From Mantamonas sphyraenae STR306 (lineage: Eukaryota; Protista; CRuMs), in contig JAPMXV010000040.1 in NCBI GenBank assembly GCA_026936335.1, forward strand, positions 124,001-188,000: a stretch of 64,000 nucleotides of DNA. The letters run 5' to 3'. The first letter of the stretch is position 1, and the number at the start of each line of letters is the position of its first letter. A model generated the notes under the pieces. The model did no database searches. It saw only the letters and a list, made by a program, of their open reading frames with translations, and had not been told where the DNA came from. This document shows, one piece after another, positions 20,601 through 32,281 of the stretch. Made by a program: the position numbers and the translations under genes.

Positions 20601-23600
20601 AAGAGTGCCACCCTGGCTGCACAGACGCTCCAGCAGCACAGAGGTGAGCACGCTTCCGCCCAAGAAGGGCACATTGATGTTGAACAGGAAACCGTCACGC
20701 GTGTTCTGCAGGCCGGCTCCGTCCTGGATCAGCATCATGCCCGGCTTGGCCGTGAGCAGCATGTTGATCTCTGCCTGCGAGCTGACCACGTGCATTTCCT
20801 GCTCTGCACCGTGGCGCTTGACAAGAAAGATGTCTGTGTTCAGCTTCTCGATGGCTGCGTTCGTGGCCTTCTTGTTGCCACTGCGCGTGTAGAACCCGTT
20901 GAGCGTGGGCACGTTGTACTCGTTGGCTGCCATCTCCTTGACCCCCTGTGCATCGATGGCCAGGCGGCGCGACGGCTTCTTCACCTTGGGCGTCTCCCTG
21001 GGCGACGACGGTTGCGAGTTGGCCGGCGACGGCGAGGCGGACGACGAGGAAGAGGAGCTCGACGAGGAGGACGCTGCCTCGACGTCGTCGGTAAACGCCT
21101 CTTCGTCCTCCACCTGCACCTGCGGCGTGGTAGCCTGCACGGAAGGAGGCGAGGGGGGGCACAGCGGCAGCAGCAGCAGCGGCAGCGGCAGCAGCCTGCG
21201 TGGACTCTGTCATCTTGCGCGCAAGCACTTCGTTGACAGTGCCAAAGCGACGCTCGATGTCCATATCCTCAGTAAAGATGTGCAGACGAGACGAGCCGAC
21301 GCGCTCGATGAGGGCCTGGAGCATGCGGTCGCGACGCTGGGGCACAAGGGTCACCTGACGGCTCTTGTGCTGACTCATGAAGCGCTGGACGGCGTCGGCA
21401 CACTCGTCGAGGTCGGTCTCGAGGTCGGCGACGACGATCTGCTCGATGTCCAAGGACATGACGGTGCGCACAAAGTCGACATAGTCGCTGCGGTCCTTGA
21501 CGAAACGAGAGGACATGATGACCATGTCACGCTCGGTACGCAGCATGCACAGAGTGGCCACGGAGCTGATGGGCGACTCCTCGTCGTTCATGATCCAAAT
21601 GCGTGCGTCGCTTCGGCGAGACAGATCGCGGCGACGGAAAAAGCTGACGTCCTTGTTCTCTGCACGCTGGGTGATCTCGCGCTCGGCCTCGGTGAGCATG
21701 TCGTTGAGGGTCGTGTTGAGGGTCTTGAGCGAGGACACCTTGTTGCTGGCGCACACAAAGACGGTGAGGTCTTTGTTGAGAAAGACGGGCATGATTCCCT
21801 TCTTGTTGGAGCTGCCGAGCTTAAAGTCGACTGCGGCGGTGTGCAGGCCTTCCACCACCGACCAAGGGGGCAGCTTCTGGCCAGACAGCAGGCAGCGCCA
21901 CAGTTTCTTGCCCAAATCCATGCGTGCAATGAGCTGGAGCATCATGTGGGTCAAGGTGATGGTACCCACGTGCAACTCGATCAGCTGCAGCTTGCCCGAC
22001 GGCTTGACCTGCTTGGATTCCTCGGCATCCCCTTCCGAGGAAGAGGATGAGGAGGACGACGACGACGACGACGCGCTCTTGTCTTCCAGCACCTGGAAAA
22101 CAAACTCGGCGTTGGTCACCTTGAGCTTCTTCTGCAGCTGGGAAGCAATTTCGTTGGAACGCTGGAGGAGCTCCGGGGCAATCTTGTCGGTGACGTTGGT
22201 GATGCCCGAGCCGTTGTGTGCAGCAAAGTGCACGGGGGTGTTGGGCATGACCTTGGTCTGCCACACCAGGACACTCCAGCGCTTGTTGGAAACGAGCGGG
22301 GTCGGGCGTCGCAGGACAACCTCGTCTTCAGGCAGGATGGGCAGCATGGACAGCTGGTGTGCGTTGTCGATGGTGTAGCGGCTCTGTTCGACGCTGCTGT
22401 TGACATGCACCTCCACGCTGCTCTGCACACCCAGGGCCTCGTAGGCCTCGATGAGATGGTCGTTGCCCGTGCAGACAATGCCCTCGACAGTTTCCAAGTC
22501 CTCGGCCCACGACGAAATGGTGGTGTTGGATGTCTTGCTGCCGAGCTGGCGGTAGACGAGGGAGGAGCCCGTGACGTCGGTGAAGGGAGCCAGGACAGCC
22601 GGGCGATACAGCTGGAGGGCGCTGAGGACATGGCTAAGGAGGTCGTTCTCGTCGCTGACCAGGAGCACAGACGGGCGCTGCTTGGTCTCTGTCTCGAAGG
22701 AAAGGAGGAAGGCCTGGAGGGGAGCGAGGCTGTTGCTCACATCCTGCTCGTCGATCCACATGATGCTGGAGCTGCTGAGGCCCATGATCTTTTCGATGGT
22801 GTCGACGAGCTGGCGGTTGGCGGTGTCGTCATGCAGGAGCACAACCTGGTTCTCGCCGAGCAGATGCAGACCCGGGTTGCCGAGGAAGCTGCTGTTGACG
22901 CTGCCTGGCACGTTGCAATGCAAGGTGATGGGCATCCAGACGGTGACGTTGAACTGGTCCGGGGACTTCTTGGTCAACTGATGGCTGATTGTGGAGCGCT
23001 TGATGGGCTTGCTGAGCTGCTCCATGACAGCGGCCTTGAGATCGTCGAGATCGTTGGGGGTCGAGGCAAAGGCGTGCATGAAGCTGGAGGACGAGCTCTC
23101 GATGAAGGAGAGGGGAACGCAGGCGGAGAGGCCAGCCTGGATAAGTCGCATCCAGGCGTTGAAGACATCCAGGGAAGGATGTGCGTTGGCAAACCAGCAG
23201 GTGCTGTAGGCGTCGGGAGCGTTGCGCTGGTGGAGCAACTCTGCAGCGTGTGCCTTTTGCAGGGGACCAAACTGGGCATCGATAAGCTTGAGAGAGCCCT
23301 TGACGACAATGAAGCAGAGCTGGGCAAAGGCACAGGACTGGGCCTTGCCCGAGAGGGACTCGACGAGTGTGCGTGCGGTGTCCTGCATGGTCTCGCGTTC
23401 CTCCGCCGTGGACATGGTGGAGGGCAGTCCGTAGCCCACAGTCTGGTTACCGATGCTGAGCACGTCAATGACAATGTCGCTGACCTTGCCGTCAAAGATG
23501 TTGACGAGGAAGCGCTTGCTGTAGCCATTCTGCTCGCGGTCGGGTTCGTACATGGAGCGAAGGATGCGAGCCGAAACACTCATGTTGACGAAGCGCAGCT

Positions 23601-24159
23601 CGCCTGCGCTGACGGCAGTGGCGACAACGGCACTCTCTGTAAGGTGGACAGGGAATTCGAGGCTGGCCTGGTCGCATTCGAGGGCACGGTTGGCGACGAG
23701 AAGATCTTGGGCGGTGCGACACAGGTAGCCCGGGGCAACGGTGACACCTTCGGGCAGATTGAGCGAGGTATAGCGGGGCTCGTTGGAGGAACCCACACGA
23801 CTGACGAGGAGGGTGCGCACGGTCTTGTCATTGCTCAGATCCTCGAAAATGGGCAGGATACGTGAGTTTTGGTTTTCTTTGGCGAGAGTGTCCAAAATGC
23901 TCTCAAGATCGTCCTCGATGGCGACGTGCACCTGAGCGGCGGTGGTCTGCTGGGTGGCCATGTAGAATTCGGCATAGGAGTCGGACCAGAGCTCGGCGCA
24001 TTGCGGGCCAAGGACGAGGTGATCCTTTGCAGTGAGGAGGGAGAGGGCCACTTGCAGCTGCTCGCCAACCTGTCGCTTTCCGAACACGTGGCTTTCGGGC
24101 AGCTCGGCCACGTAGATAATCGGGTTTTGGGCAGTAGATTCAGAAGAAGAAGACGCCAT
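17646..24159 (-). CDS. Multidomain protein: four tandem ATP-grasp-like units + C-terminal isoaspartyl dipeptidase (IadA); frame break near 21135-21162
   Basis: IadA motifs VPGFVDIHQHLIGGGGEAGPWSRTSE, GITTAVGVLGTD, GELAISDHR, ILPTH, SSDAFGS; ATP-grasp VIKPVNGAAGEG...LLEEML...GGVDFL...LSDVNTARF; related GYxCxT..DL motif in upstream units. Confidence 0.8.
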
Positions 24160-24602
24160 GGTGATGTGCAATTGTGGTTCCTAACAGCACGCTACGGGGG
24201 TGTCCTTCTTTTTGATGTGGTGAGGGGTGCGCAATGGGAGGGGTTTCTTGTGGAAGTTTTTTTGGGCGGCCTGACCAAAAGCTGCCGGAAAACTCAGGAA
24301 GTTGACGGCCGCATGGACGGGAAAAGAGTGATGCAAACGGTGCGGAAATTGATGCAAGACATACCTGGGGATGCATGGGAACGTGGGGAAACATGGAAGG
24401 GGGTGAGAGAAGGCGCAGTGAGCGTGAGGAACGATTCCTGAGAGGGCAATCTGTGGGGACGGGAACAGAGGCGGGAAAGAGAGCGACACGCAGTGGGAAG
24501 TTGCGCAAATGGAGTGCCAAGGACCAAAAGGGCACGGAGGTCGTGCAAGGTAGGTGGAGAAGGGGCAGGCAAAGGTGTGTGGAAGGCCGGTTGCATTTTT
24601 TC

Positions 24603-26382
24603 TCACTCGGCCTTGCCCGCCTGGAGCTTTTCATATTTCTCGCGGGCCGTGTGTGGCGACGGGGTGGGCAGGTTGTCCACCTTGTCGAGGGCGGCAGCGT
24701 AGCGCTTGTAGGTTTCGTAGTTGCGCATCTGGATCTGCCAGCTGGTGTCCATTCGGTACTCGATCCCGTTCTCCTTGGCCCATTTTTGGACGATGGGGCG
24801 GAGGGACGGGTAGTAGTAGCGGGGGATGGTGGGGAACAGGTGGTGCTCCAGTTGGTACTGCATGCCACCCCACAGGTACTCATCGATGGGGTTGTGTGTC
24901 TGCACGTCGCGTGTGGTGCGGAACTGGTCTTGGACAAAGGCGAAGCTGACTTCCTCCAGAAGCTCCTCGCTCTGGTGGGTGACCGTCACAATGATGGCGA
25001 CACCGTATCCGGAAAGCAGAATGGAGCCGAGGGCAACCTTCCAAGGCAGCATGAGCATCCAGGCGCTGTTTGCGCTCATCAGGAAGAGCTCGAGGTAGTT
25101 GTTGGTGGCGAGTGCAAACTGCCACGATTGGATGCGCCACGAGACGTAGAGGAAGGAGAAGACCTGCAGAAGAGGGCACGAGAGGGGGAAAGGGGGGAGG
25201 GTGGGGGTGTTAGACAGAGGCAGATCGGGTGAAGGTGCGAGAGGCAAGGGAGGCGGTGCAAGAGAAGGGCACACGTACAAAGTTGTAGTAAACGTGCTGG
25301 AAACGACGGAACCAGACATCCTCGCTTTCACGGGGCAGCCACAGGTGCAGGATCTTGTCGTTCTTGAGGTCGTCGTCGTAGAGGAGCGAGTTTGTAAGAA
25401 CGTGGTGGGTGTTGTGCTTGCGCTCCCACCAGCCACGGGAGAAGCTGGGCAGGAAGGCGAGGGCATAGCCAAGGATAAGGCTGCCCTTGCCCCGGCCATG
25501 GATGTAGTCATGGGCGGTCCAGCCAGCCTGCTGCTGGGCAAGGCCGAGGAGAAGCAGGGCCCACCAGGGATGGGACCAAGCAAGATAGGTGCCCAGGATG
25601 GCCATGGCATAGATGTGGCCGACATTGAGGATGTCCACAAGCCAGTTGCGCTCAAACCAGCCCTGTTGAGTGGTGGGCAGAGGGCCAACAGGTGGCAGGG
25701 GAGGAGGGTCAGCAAGGGAGCCACACATGCGAGCGAAGTGCAGCTCGAGAAGGGTCGATGCGCATGTTCCGTGTGCGCTAGACCCCGGAGGGGAGACTGG
25801 CACCACACAAAGGAAAGGCAAGGGCAATGAGGAGGCGTGGGGCACAGGATGTGGGAGTTGCAGGCCATGTGTGACGCGCAGGGAGGGAGCAAGGTGGGAA
25901 ACGGCCCGGCGGACAAAAGAAAGGGGCCTGCGGCAGGATTGTTCCAGCACGTACGTCCTTTTCCAGCTGCACACGCAGCTTGCGGAAGCTCTTTTCCACG
26001 CTGCCGGACTCGGGCAGGGCCAGAGCAGCAGCAGGCAGGTCCTCGTCGGCCACAATCTTCATGCCCGCGAGCTTTTCGCGCGCATCCATCGAGTGGAGCG
26101 AATAGAAGGCGTCCGTGGCGTCCTGCAAATGCCAGCGCTCAATGCTCTCTGCGAGGGGCGGGGTGGATGTAAGCACGAGCACAACATGGACAGATGTGTG
26201 GCGCAGTCATGCAAGGTGATGACGGTGTACATGCAGCGGTGTACAAGGTGCACAGCGTGGCGAAAGGGCAAACACGTACCAGCACCGCCGGGATGCGCAG
26301 CAACCCAGTATTTGCAGTCGTACCAGTTGCCGTCGATACGGATAAGCACAGACTTTTTCGCGTCAAATGTGTTCTTGGTCAT
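24603..26382 (-). CDS. Cytochrome b5-fused front-end fatty acid desaturase, copy 1 (introns 26279-26149, 25954-25663, 25278-25164)
   Basis: HPGG haem motif; His boxes HDYIH, HNTHH, QLEHH; three GTACGT...CAG introns restore the frame. Confidence 0.9.
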
Positions 26383-26448
26383 GATGGGTGGAATAAGCGT
26401 GTGGGGGTGTTGGGCAAAATGCAAGTGTTTCTTGATGGATGCCGTGCT

Positions 26449-29073
26449 TCAGCCCGCGTGAGCCAGGACGCGCGCGTACAAACGCATGCGCTCGTCGTCG
26501 GATTGATCGCCGTGGCGTTCCTGGCCCTGAATGTCGAAACTAAGGCACATCCATCGCTCGGCTTCGGCCCAGCGTTCGAAAAGAACACATCGCAGGGCGA
26601 GATTCCAAGCCGTGCCGGCAAGCCAGCGCAGCTGCAGGTCTGCGTCAGCTCGCAGTTGTGGCGACTCGTTGAGGGCCGCCATTTCGTCACGTGCGTCGCA
26701 AAACCCGGGCCACAACTGCTCTGTGCTGGCCTGGTCGAGCTGGGCGGCCAGGGAGAGAACGAGCAGGTGAAGACGATCCAGAGGCGAATCATCCATGGCA
26801 GCACGCATGTGGTCCACAAGCAGCTGGTGGACGACACCTGTCCGCTTGTACTCTGTGCAAAGAGCATGCATGCCTTGCCAGCAATCTGTCCGGCGACTGG
26901 GCGTGGGAATGTGCGCCACGTCGTCCAGTACCTTGCGCAGGTCGTGTTCGGGGCCGTTGAGCAGCAGGACGCATTCGAAACGCATCAACAAGACGTCTGT
27001 ATGCTCGTGGTGTTGCTTGCCGACGTCGCACTGGAGCAGCTGAGCCTGCAGCTGATCCACCGCGGATGGATCCGCACCACCATGCCGCAGATCGTCCATT
27101 TGCACGTGCAACAGCATGACCAAACTCTTTCGCGCAGAGGCATGGTCGCCACAGAGCAGGCTGAGATCCTGGGAACAGCTGAGCAGGTCGACCGCGTCCT
27201 GAACGTTTGACGCGGCACGGCTGATGTTCCACAATGCATCTGCCATCCACTTGAGAACTGAGTTGTCACTTGACGAGGCTTCCAGGCGTGCAATAGAGTC
27301 TTGAGCACAGTGGGCAAGGAGAGAGTAGTCCAGCAGCAGCGTGGACGTGTCGGGGACGCGAACCCACGCCTGAAGGAGACAGTGGAGACGATCCAGTGCC
27401 TGTGTGGCGTCGGCTTGCAAGGACAACTGCAGCGCACGGATTGCCACATGCAGTGAATTGCTGCGCAGAGCGGAGTGGACAATGCGGGCAAGGCAGACGG
27501 GATCGTAGGAAGGAGCTTGACTCAAGCGTCGAAGCAGATCGAGCAGCATCGTGTGGTCGTGCTCGTCGTCCTGATCATGCTCAGCCGCACCCAAGTGTGC
27601 CAGGAGTGCCATGTAAAGAGCATGGGCGTCTTCCTCGTCTTCATCTCCATTGGACGGCTGATTCAGCAGGACATTGGCGCATTCGAGGGCGTCGTTCCAG
27701 TGTTGCAGGGCAAGGAGGCCCTGCATGCAGCCAAGCCGAGCCATGTGTTGCAAATGAGGGTAGTGGCCTTCACCCAAAAGGTGACTGAGCATCTGGTACC
27801 ACTTGAGGCCCTGGTCGTGGTGTGTGCGCTGGTAGCAACGGCTCGCGTGGGCCGAAGCGATGGATGCGAGCTGGTGCATCTGCTCAGCCTCCAGGCGCAG
27901 CGTGCCGTCCATGTGTCCTGCACCGCAGGCGCTCATGCACTGTACGGCCTCCATGTCCATATCGCGTTGCAAGAAGCAGGCCATGGCGCGGAGCAGCAGG
28001 GCTTCGTCGCGGTCCACAAGCTCCTGCAACCGCTCACGAAGCGTGTCGTTGTCCAGATGGTGCATGTTCTGCTCAACGACATGCATGCAGGGCGTGGCAT
28101 CCCACGGGAGGCCTTGCAGGGACCCACAGGCAACACTTTGCAGGAGTTGCTGAGCTTCGTCGTGTCCATCGGTGTGCAGAAAGAGCAGTTGGATGAGGTA
28201 CGCCACATGTGTGTATGTGGATTGCAGACGCACGCATTCGCGTGCGTTTGATACGGCCAGCTGCCACAGGTCCTGTGCCTGCTGGCATTGGCTCAACAGT
28301 CTTCGTGCGAGCGCATCCGAGCGCCGCTCCATGTCCACGTTTGCATCCAGGCCTGCCTGAAGAAAGTCGGCGCTGACCTTGTATTCGCCTTTGTCGTGCA
28401 GGTGCTGACCTGTGCTGTACAGCTGGTCGACGAGAGCGCGACGCATGGCAGAGACGGCTGGAGCTTCATGCGCCTCGCGTCTTTGGAGCAGCTCCTCGCT
28501 GGCGTCATGGAGTGCATTGAGGGCTTGTTGTGTGGATGTGGCGGCGCCCACTTGGATGGCGAGGCGGTGAAAGGCAAAATCCTGCTTGTCAGGATCGCGC
28601 GGTTTTGTTTCTGCCAGCCATTGTGATCGCACGTCCCGTGCGTCTTGCAGAGCGTGCACAGCGTCATCATGCTGATCAGAGCGCACACAGAGGGTGCCAT
28701 ATTGAATGTGAAAGTGCAGAATCTGGGCGAGGTGGCTGGGTGAGTGACGCGCTGGTTTGCTCGAATTGCGGTCGATTCCCGAAAGGGCGAGACGTCCCAG
28801 CGTGCATGCAGCACGCCGCAAAGCGAGCATAGCAGCTGCGTTGGATGGAAGGGACGAAGTGGAAGAGGAGGATGCAGACTGCGCACTGGACAGGCTGGAC
28901 AGGCGAACGCTGCAATTCCAGGCTCGGCCTGCAGCACGGTACAGCTTGTTGTGGCCAAACGACGAGCTGTTGTCGTCCATGGCATCTTGCAGGGCCTGCA
29001 GCTGGGTCTCTGTGGGCACCATCTCCTTTTGGATGTGTGCTTCAATGCGCTGCAGTGCAGTGTCGAGGGACAT
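26449..29073 (-). CDS. ZIP4/SPO22/TEX11-like meiotic TPR protein
   Basis: 874-aa helical repeat protein with WMADALWN and C-terminal WLAGTAWNLAL...AERWMCLSF, a pattern I associate with the Zip4/TEX11 family. Confidence 0.6.
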   Translation of the reverse strand: MSLDTALQRIEAHIQKEMVPTETQLQALQDAMDDNSSSFGHNKLYRAAGRAWNCSVRLSSLSSAQSASSSSTSSLPSNAAAMLALRRAACTLGRLALSGIDRNSSKPARHSPSHLAQILHFHIQYGTLCVRSDQHDDAVHALQDARDVRSQWLAETKPRDPDKQDFAFHRLAIQVGAATSTQQALNALHDASEELLQRREAHEAPAVSAMRRALVDQLYSTGQHLHDKGEYKVSADFLQAGLDANVDMERRSDALARRLLSQCQQAQDLWQLAVSNARECVRLQSTYTHVAYLIQLLFLHTDGHDEAQQLLQSVACGSLQGLPWDATPCMHVVEQNMHHLDNDTLRERLQELVDRDEALLLRAMACFLQRDMDMEAVQCMSACGAGHMDGTLRLEAEQMHQLASIASAHASRCYQRTHHDQGLKWYQMLSHLLGEGHYPHLQHMARLGCMQGLLALQHWNDALECANVLLNQPSNGDEDEEDAHALYMALLAHLGAAEHDQDDEHDHTMLLDLLRRLSQAPSYDPVCLARIVHSALRSNSLHVAIRALQLSLQADATQALDRLHCLLQAWVRVPDTSTLLLDYSLLAHCAQDSIARLEASSSDNSVLKWMADALWNISRAASNVQDAVDLLSCSQDLSLLCGDHASARKSLVMLLHVQMDDLRHGGADPSAVDQLQAQLLQCDVGKQHHEHTDVLLMRFECVLLLNGPEHDLRKVLDDVAHIPTPSRRTDCWQGMHALCTEYKRTGVVHQLLVDHMRAAMDDSPLDRLHLLVLSLAAQLDQASTEQLWPGFCDARDEMAALNESPQLRADADLQLRWLAGTAWNLALRCVLFERWAEAERWMCLSFDIQGQERHGDQSDDERMRLYARVLAHAG

Positions 29074-29207
29074 GGATGGGCAGGATTGAAAGGGTTGCTT
29101 TTCATTCGCCAGCGCTCGCTCGGCATGTCCAGTCGGTTACGGTGCAGGGCAGCCACGTGGGCGACAAATGATTGAGGGATCTTGACAGGGATGGTGAGCC
29201 AGCGACG

Positions 29208-30952
29208 TCACTCAGCCTTGCCAGCCGCGAGTTTGAGGAACTTTTCGCGGGCAGTGTGGGGCGACGGGGTGGGCTTGACGTCGATCATGTCGATGACAGC
29301 AGCGTTGCGCTTGTACGTGTTGTAGTTGCGCACCTGGATCTCCCAGCTGGTGTCCATGCGGTAGTCGAGGCCGTTCTCCTTGGCCCACGCCTGGATGATG
29401 GGTCGCAGAGACGGGTAGTAGTAGCGGGGCATGGTTGGGAACAGGTGGTGCTCCAGCTGATACTGCATGCCGCCCCACATGTACTCGTCGATGGGGTTGT
29501 GTGTCTGCACGTCGCGTGTGGTGTTGAACTGGTTGGTTGCAAAGTCAAAGTCGACACCCTCCACGAGCTCCTCGCTCTGGTGGGTGGCCGTCACCACAAT
29601 GGCCACAGCGTAGCCCGAGAGCAGAATGGAACCGATGGCCACCTTCCAGGGCAACATGAGCATCCAAGCGGTGTTGGAGGCCATCAGGACGAGCTCGAGG
29701 TAGTTGTTGGTTGTCAGTGCGTGTTGCCATGACTGGATGCGCCACGAGACGTAGAGGAAGGAGAAGACCTGTGGTTGGGTTGGGCGGGTTTGCGGGAGGT
29801 TAGAAGAAGAAGAAAAGAGAGCAGGGAGCAGGGAGCAGGGAGCAGGGAGCAGGGAGCAGGGAGCAGGGAGCAGGGAGCAGGGAGCAGGGAGCAGGGAGCA
29901 GGGAGCAGGGAGCAGGGAGCGGGGAGCACGTACAAAGTTGTAGTAGATGTGCTGGAAGCGACGGAACCAGACATCCTCGCTCAGGCGTGGCAGCCACAGG
30001 TGCAGGATCTTGTCGTTCTTGAGGTCGTCGTCGTAGACGAGAGAGTTTGTGAGGGCATGGTGGGTGTTGTGCTTGCGCTCCCACCAGCCACGGGAGAAGC
30101 AGGGGATGGTGGAAAGGGCGTAGCCAAGGAAGTAGGCCACCTTGCCACGGCCATGGATGTAGTCATGGCCCACCCAAGCGGCCTGCTGTTGGGCAAGGCC
30201 AAGGACGAGGGTGGCCCACCAGGGATGGGACCAAGCGAGATAGGTGCCAAAAACAGCCAGCACGTACACGTGGATCACCGTCAGCACGTCGATCAACCAC
30301 ATGCGCTCAAACCAGCCCTGCGAGGAGAGGTGCCCGGAAGTAGGACGCGCCGTGGCGGTGTGAGTGGCCGGTGGGAAGGGAAACTCACGGCGGGAGCCAA
30401 AAAGCGCAGTAACGAAAAATCCACGTCATGGATCCTTCCCGAACTCTGCACACGGCGTGTACAGGTGCGTGCGTGGCCCTTTTTACGACCACACGTACCT
30501 GTTGTTCCAGCTGGGAGCGCAGAGTGCGGAAGTTCTTCTCGGCAGCCGGCATCTCGGGCAGCGCCAGCGCAGCAGCCGGCAGCTTCTCCTTGGGCACCTC
30601 GGGCATGCGAGCGAGCCGCTCGCGGGCCTCATCAGAATGCAGGGCCAGAAACACATTGGTGGCGTCCTGCAGATGCCAACGCTCGATGCTCTCTGATGTA
30701 CAATAGTACAGGAAACATGGGACACGTGTGCGTGAAACGTGTAAGCAGCTCAATGCAGCGGTAGCGCGGCGTGCGTGTTTAGGAAGCGCTCATTTTTTGT
30801 TGATGTGAAGCACGACGCGGACCGCAGCACTCACCAGCGCCTCCCGGGTGCGAAGCAACCCAGTGCTTGCAGTCCACCCACTTGCCGTCGATGCGAATCA
30901 GCACAGGCTTCTTGGCATCGAATTTCGAGTCAGCGTTTGCCACGTCGCTCAT
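29208..30952 (-). CDS. Cytochrome b5-fused front-end fatty acid desaturase, copy 2 (three introns at the same positions as copy 1)
   Basis: HPGG, HDYIH, HNTHH, QLEHH; ATG 30952 (MSDVANADSKFDAKK). Confidence 0.9.
29818..29928. repeat. (GCAGGGA)n heptamer satellite inside intron 3 of desaturase copy 2
   Basis: About 15 near-perfect units. Confidence 0.95.
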
Positions 30953-31046
30953 TGCAGTGGACGAAAAGGTTTCTCTTTTGTGGTGGGAGGTCTGGCGTTC
31001 ATTTCGCAGAATCCATTCAAGTGTGTTTGGATGCTGTGTGGAGCAG

Positions 31047-32207
31047 CTACGATTCCCTCTTGGCCTTCTTGCTCTTCTTGTCCTTCTTGTCCTTCTTGGC
31101 GCTCTTGTCCTTCTTGGCACTTTTTGCGCTTTTGTCCTTCTTGGCCTTCTTGGTCTTCTTGTCCTTCTTGTCCTTGGGTGTGGTCGACTCGCTGCCTGTG
31201 CTGGGCGCAGCCATTCGTGTGTTGGGTGCCTTGAGGGGCACCCCGCCCGGGCGCAACACGCGTGGGGTGGGCCCACTCCCCAGTGGCCTGTGGATGCTCT
31301 TGAGGTCGTCGATCTGCTGGACTGTCTTTTGAAGGCCCTCGATGCCTTCGTAGTCGACGGCTGGCACGTCGTAGGAGCGTGTGATTGTAAATTGGCGTGC
31401 AAAAGGAGGGCACACACTCAGCTGGCCTCGTTCGGCGTCTGGAAACAGATTCACAAGCTGGTTGGCTTCGTTGTTGTCGGGTGACACATACACAGAATAC
31501 TTCTCCACGCCCCGTTTGGTTTCCAACTCAAAGCTGGCCGCTGTGCTGCTGGACTCGCTCAACTTGAAGCGGATTTTCTGGTCGTGAAGCAGCTGCGGGT
31601 GAAACTGTGCTCGTGGGCGTGTGTGTGTGAGGATTGGGGACAGCAGAAGCCTCTGTGTGGTGCACTGCACACATGTGCATGCCGCAAGTGATGTTCTGAG
31701 TGTGCAGATGGGCCTTGTCCATGGCGGCAGGCGTACCTTTTTCGGAGCGACCATGAGCCACAACTCCTTGCCGTCTGTGGATGACGACGACGACGACGAC
31801 CCCCGGCCCAGCTGGGCAATGTCGTGCTTGCAATCTGTGTACTCCACCTCTACAAATCCCTCGGGCACGCGTTGTCTGTGTGTCCCGTGCCCCAGTGTCA
31901 GTGTCGGCGGGTGGCTGTGGCTGATGCATGTCCGCCACCGCACCTCCCACTCCACGCCAGGATACGGCCTCGTGCGTGTTTGGGCACACACAATGTTGCA
32001 ACGTAGGCATCCCTTTACTCGCCACCTCCCCATCTGCTGGGACCGAGTCCTTCCTGCAACGTACTCTGCTTCGACACGTGCTCTCTTGCTTGCCTGTCCT
32101 TCAGTCTGGTCCTCCTCGTCCAGAACATCGGCCCCCAATTCCTGGTCATCCACGGATGACGAGCGTGACGACACGGACAGAGATCGCTTCCTCGACATGG
32201 TCGACAT
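31047..32207 (-). CDS. RNA polymerase I subunit RPA34-like, two introns
   Basis: KELWLMVAPK motif, PPFARQFTI and a long Lys-rich C-terminal tail; GTACG donors near 32063 and 31736. Confidence 0.6.
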   Translation of the reverse strand: MSTMSRKRSLSVSSRSSSVDDQELGADVLDEEDQTEGQASKRARVEAEYVAGRTRSQQMGRWRVKGCLRCNIVCAQTRTRPYPGVEWEVRWRTCISHSHPPTLTLGHGTHRQRVPEGFVEVEYTDCKHDIAQLGRGSSSSSSSTDGKELWLMVAPKKVRLPPWTRPICTLRTSLAACTCVQCTTQRLLLSPILTHTRPRAQFHPQLLHDQKIRFKLSESSSTAASFELETKRGVEKYSVYVSPDNNEANQLVNLFPDAERGQLSVCPPFARQFTITRSYDVPAVDYEGIEGLQKTVQQIDDLKSIHRPLGSGPTPRVLRPGGVPLKAPNTRMAAPSTGSESTTPKDKKDKKTKKAKKDKSAKSAKKDKSAKKDKKDKKSKKAKRES

Positions 32208-32281
32208 GATGGCAATCCGACGAGTGAGTGACTTCTGCTGTTTGTGCTGCATTGTGGAGCGCCGTGCACACTGTTCATTGG

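Noticed and set aside
29818-29928. (GCAGGGA)n as an interstitial telomere or coding repeat
   Set aside because: Confined to an intron whose position is shared with the paralogue; not a telomere unit I recognise.
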